Of a stretch of DNA of 64,000 nucleotides, positions 62,788 to 64,000 are shown in pieces (positions within the stretch are counted from its first letter, which is position 1; each line of letters starts with the position of its first letter). The notes under the pieces are model-generated. The model searched no databases. It was not told the DNA's origin and saw nothing but the letters and a program-made list of their open reading frames with translations. Made by a program: the position numbers and the translations under genes. This DNA comes from Cirrosporium novae-zelandiae (taxonomy: Eukaryota): NCBI GenBank assembly GCA_026023565.1, contig JAPETS010000045.1:124001-188000 (forward strand), read 5' to 3'.

Positions 62788-64000
62788 ATGTCCTCTTCAT
62801 TTTTAGATCTTGAAAATCTTCATGTTTTTATAACTGGCGCTGCTGGTGGGATTGGAGGTGAAGCAGCGAACGAATTCCTTCGTGAGTGAGCAGCTCTCGT
62901 CCGGAATGCTGTAAGTATATGTATCAACCAACTACCATTCGTGGGATTTTTTTTTTCAATTTCTCTAAGCAGATTAAATCACTAATCCAATAATTTTCAC
63001 AGGAAACGGTTGTAAAGTCACCGCGCATGATATACACCCTATTGCCACCAGCACCCCCTCACCCAATCTCTTCACCGTCCAAGGCGATGTCGCTTCTGAA
63101 ATCTCTCTCTAAAATTGCATGACTCAAGCAATCGCGCATCATGGTCCCATCAATATTCTCATCGCTAATACTGGAATCACCGATTAAGGTCATGAATTTC
63201 CCATATGGGAGATGCCAGTTGAACGTTGGCAAAGAATTTACAGCACCAACGTCCTCGGGTGCTTCGTTCCCATTAAAACTTTTCTCCAGGCTGCGAAGAA
63301 GGAACAGGAGAAAACCGGAAAGGAGCTTGAAAACCTCAGTGTCGTCATAACTAGCTCTGAATGCGGCAAGTTCGGCCAGGCAGGACATTCGGAGTATGCA
63401 AGCGGGAAAGCTGGGCTACAATATGGCCTTGTACGTAGTGTGAAGAACGAGATCGTGAAGCTAAATAGCAAGGCTAGGATTAATGCTATTGCTCCAGGGT
63501 GGACCGACACTCCTTTAATCAAAGGAAGATTGGACGACCCGAAGGAGCCGTGGGCTGAGTTCCAAGCTGCGTACGTTATTATATTTAATTGTCCATTAAA
63601 TCTCGAAACTTATACGTACTAGCACACCCCCTAGAGTCCTCCTCAGAAAAATCACAACCCCCCAGGATGTTGCTCGAACAATGGCCTTCCTCTCCTCCTA
63701 CCACGCCGCGGGCCACATCTTAAGCGAATGCATTAGTGTCGACGGTAGCATGGAGGGCCGTCTCATTTGGAAGGAATCGGAAATTCTCACATCCACACAA
63801 ACCTCCACCTTCCCAATCCCACCCTTTATCCACAAACCGCCATCGCAAAAACGTGTATGAGTTGCCCTCTCAGTCGACTTCGACGCCCTCTCGGGTTGGC
63901 TAGGAACCGGCCAACACGCGGATAACACCCTCTCGGACTATTCCTCAGGCATATTCGCAGGCCAGGTCGGTGTTCCCCGCCTGCTCCAGCTCTTCAAAAA
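62788..64000 (+). pseudogene. Short-chain dehydrogenase-polysaccharide deacetylase (CE4/NodB-like) fusion with three in-frame stops; runs off the window
   Basis: ITGAAGGIG, YASGK, NAIAPG and VDG SDR motifs, then VALSVDFDALSGWLG...GVPRLL in the same frame. Stops at TAA 63110-63112, TAA 63185-63187 and TGA 63858-63860. Introns at 62882-63002 and about 63571-63634. Confidence 0.85.

Noticed and set aside
63110..63187. A-to-I rescue of the SDR TAA stops
   Set aside because: Editing would give Trp where polar residues (Q, E) are expected, and other motif damage indicates plain decay.

Overview
This is eukaryotic DNA from a filamentous ascomycete (Pezizomycotina): short GT..AG introns with CTRAC/CTAAT branch points, and Zn2Cys6 regulators. 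The class cannot be fixed from the sequence alone. The window holds about 22 spliced genes. Housekeeping genes: SLX4, NAD-malic enzyme, MTC1-like, a Cys/Met PLP lyase, U2AF small subunit, Phe-tRNA synthetase alpha, EDEM/MNL1 mannosidase and APT1. Accessory genes: an aldo-keto reductase/unknown protein/amino-acid permease/Zn2Cys6 cluster, a GH27 enzyme, a Kelch membrane protein, a STAND-type N-terminal-domain protein with an (EP)14 repeat, a MYND protein, a sugar porter/NmrA/Zn2Cys6 group, and a choline/GABA-type permease divergent from an SDR-polysaccharide deacetylase fusion. Three accessory genes carry in-frame premature stops that the ORF track shows only as fragments: NmrA (one TGA), a DUF4185-like gene (two TAG plus a probable frameshift) and the SDR-CE4 fusion (two TAA plus one TGA at the domain junction). 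Non-coding structure includes a 265-bp solo LTR with a 5-bp target-site duplication, a 46-bp-period promoter duplication carrying CGG-N14-CCG sites, GATA-site clusters and recurrent TACCTAGGTA palindromes. No tRNA, rRNA or CRISPR array was seen. Family calls come from motif recognition, not database searches.
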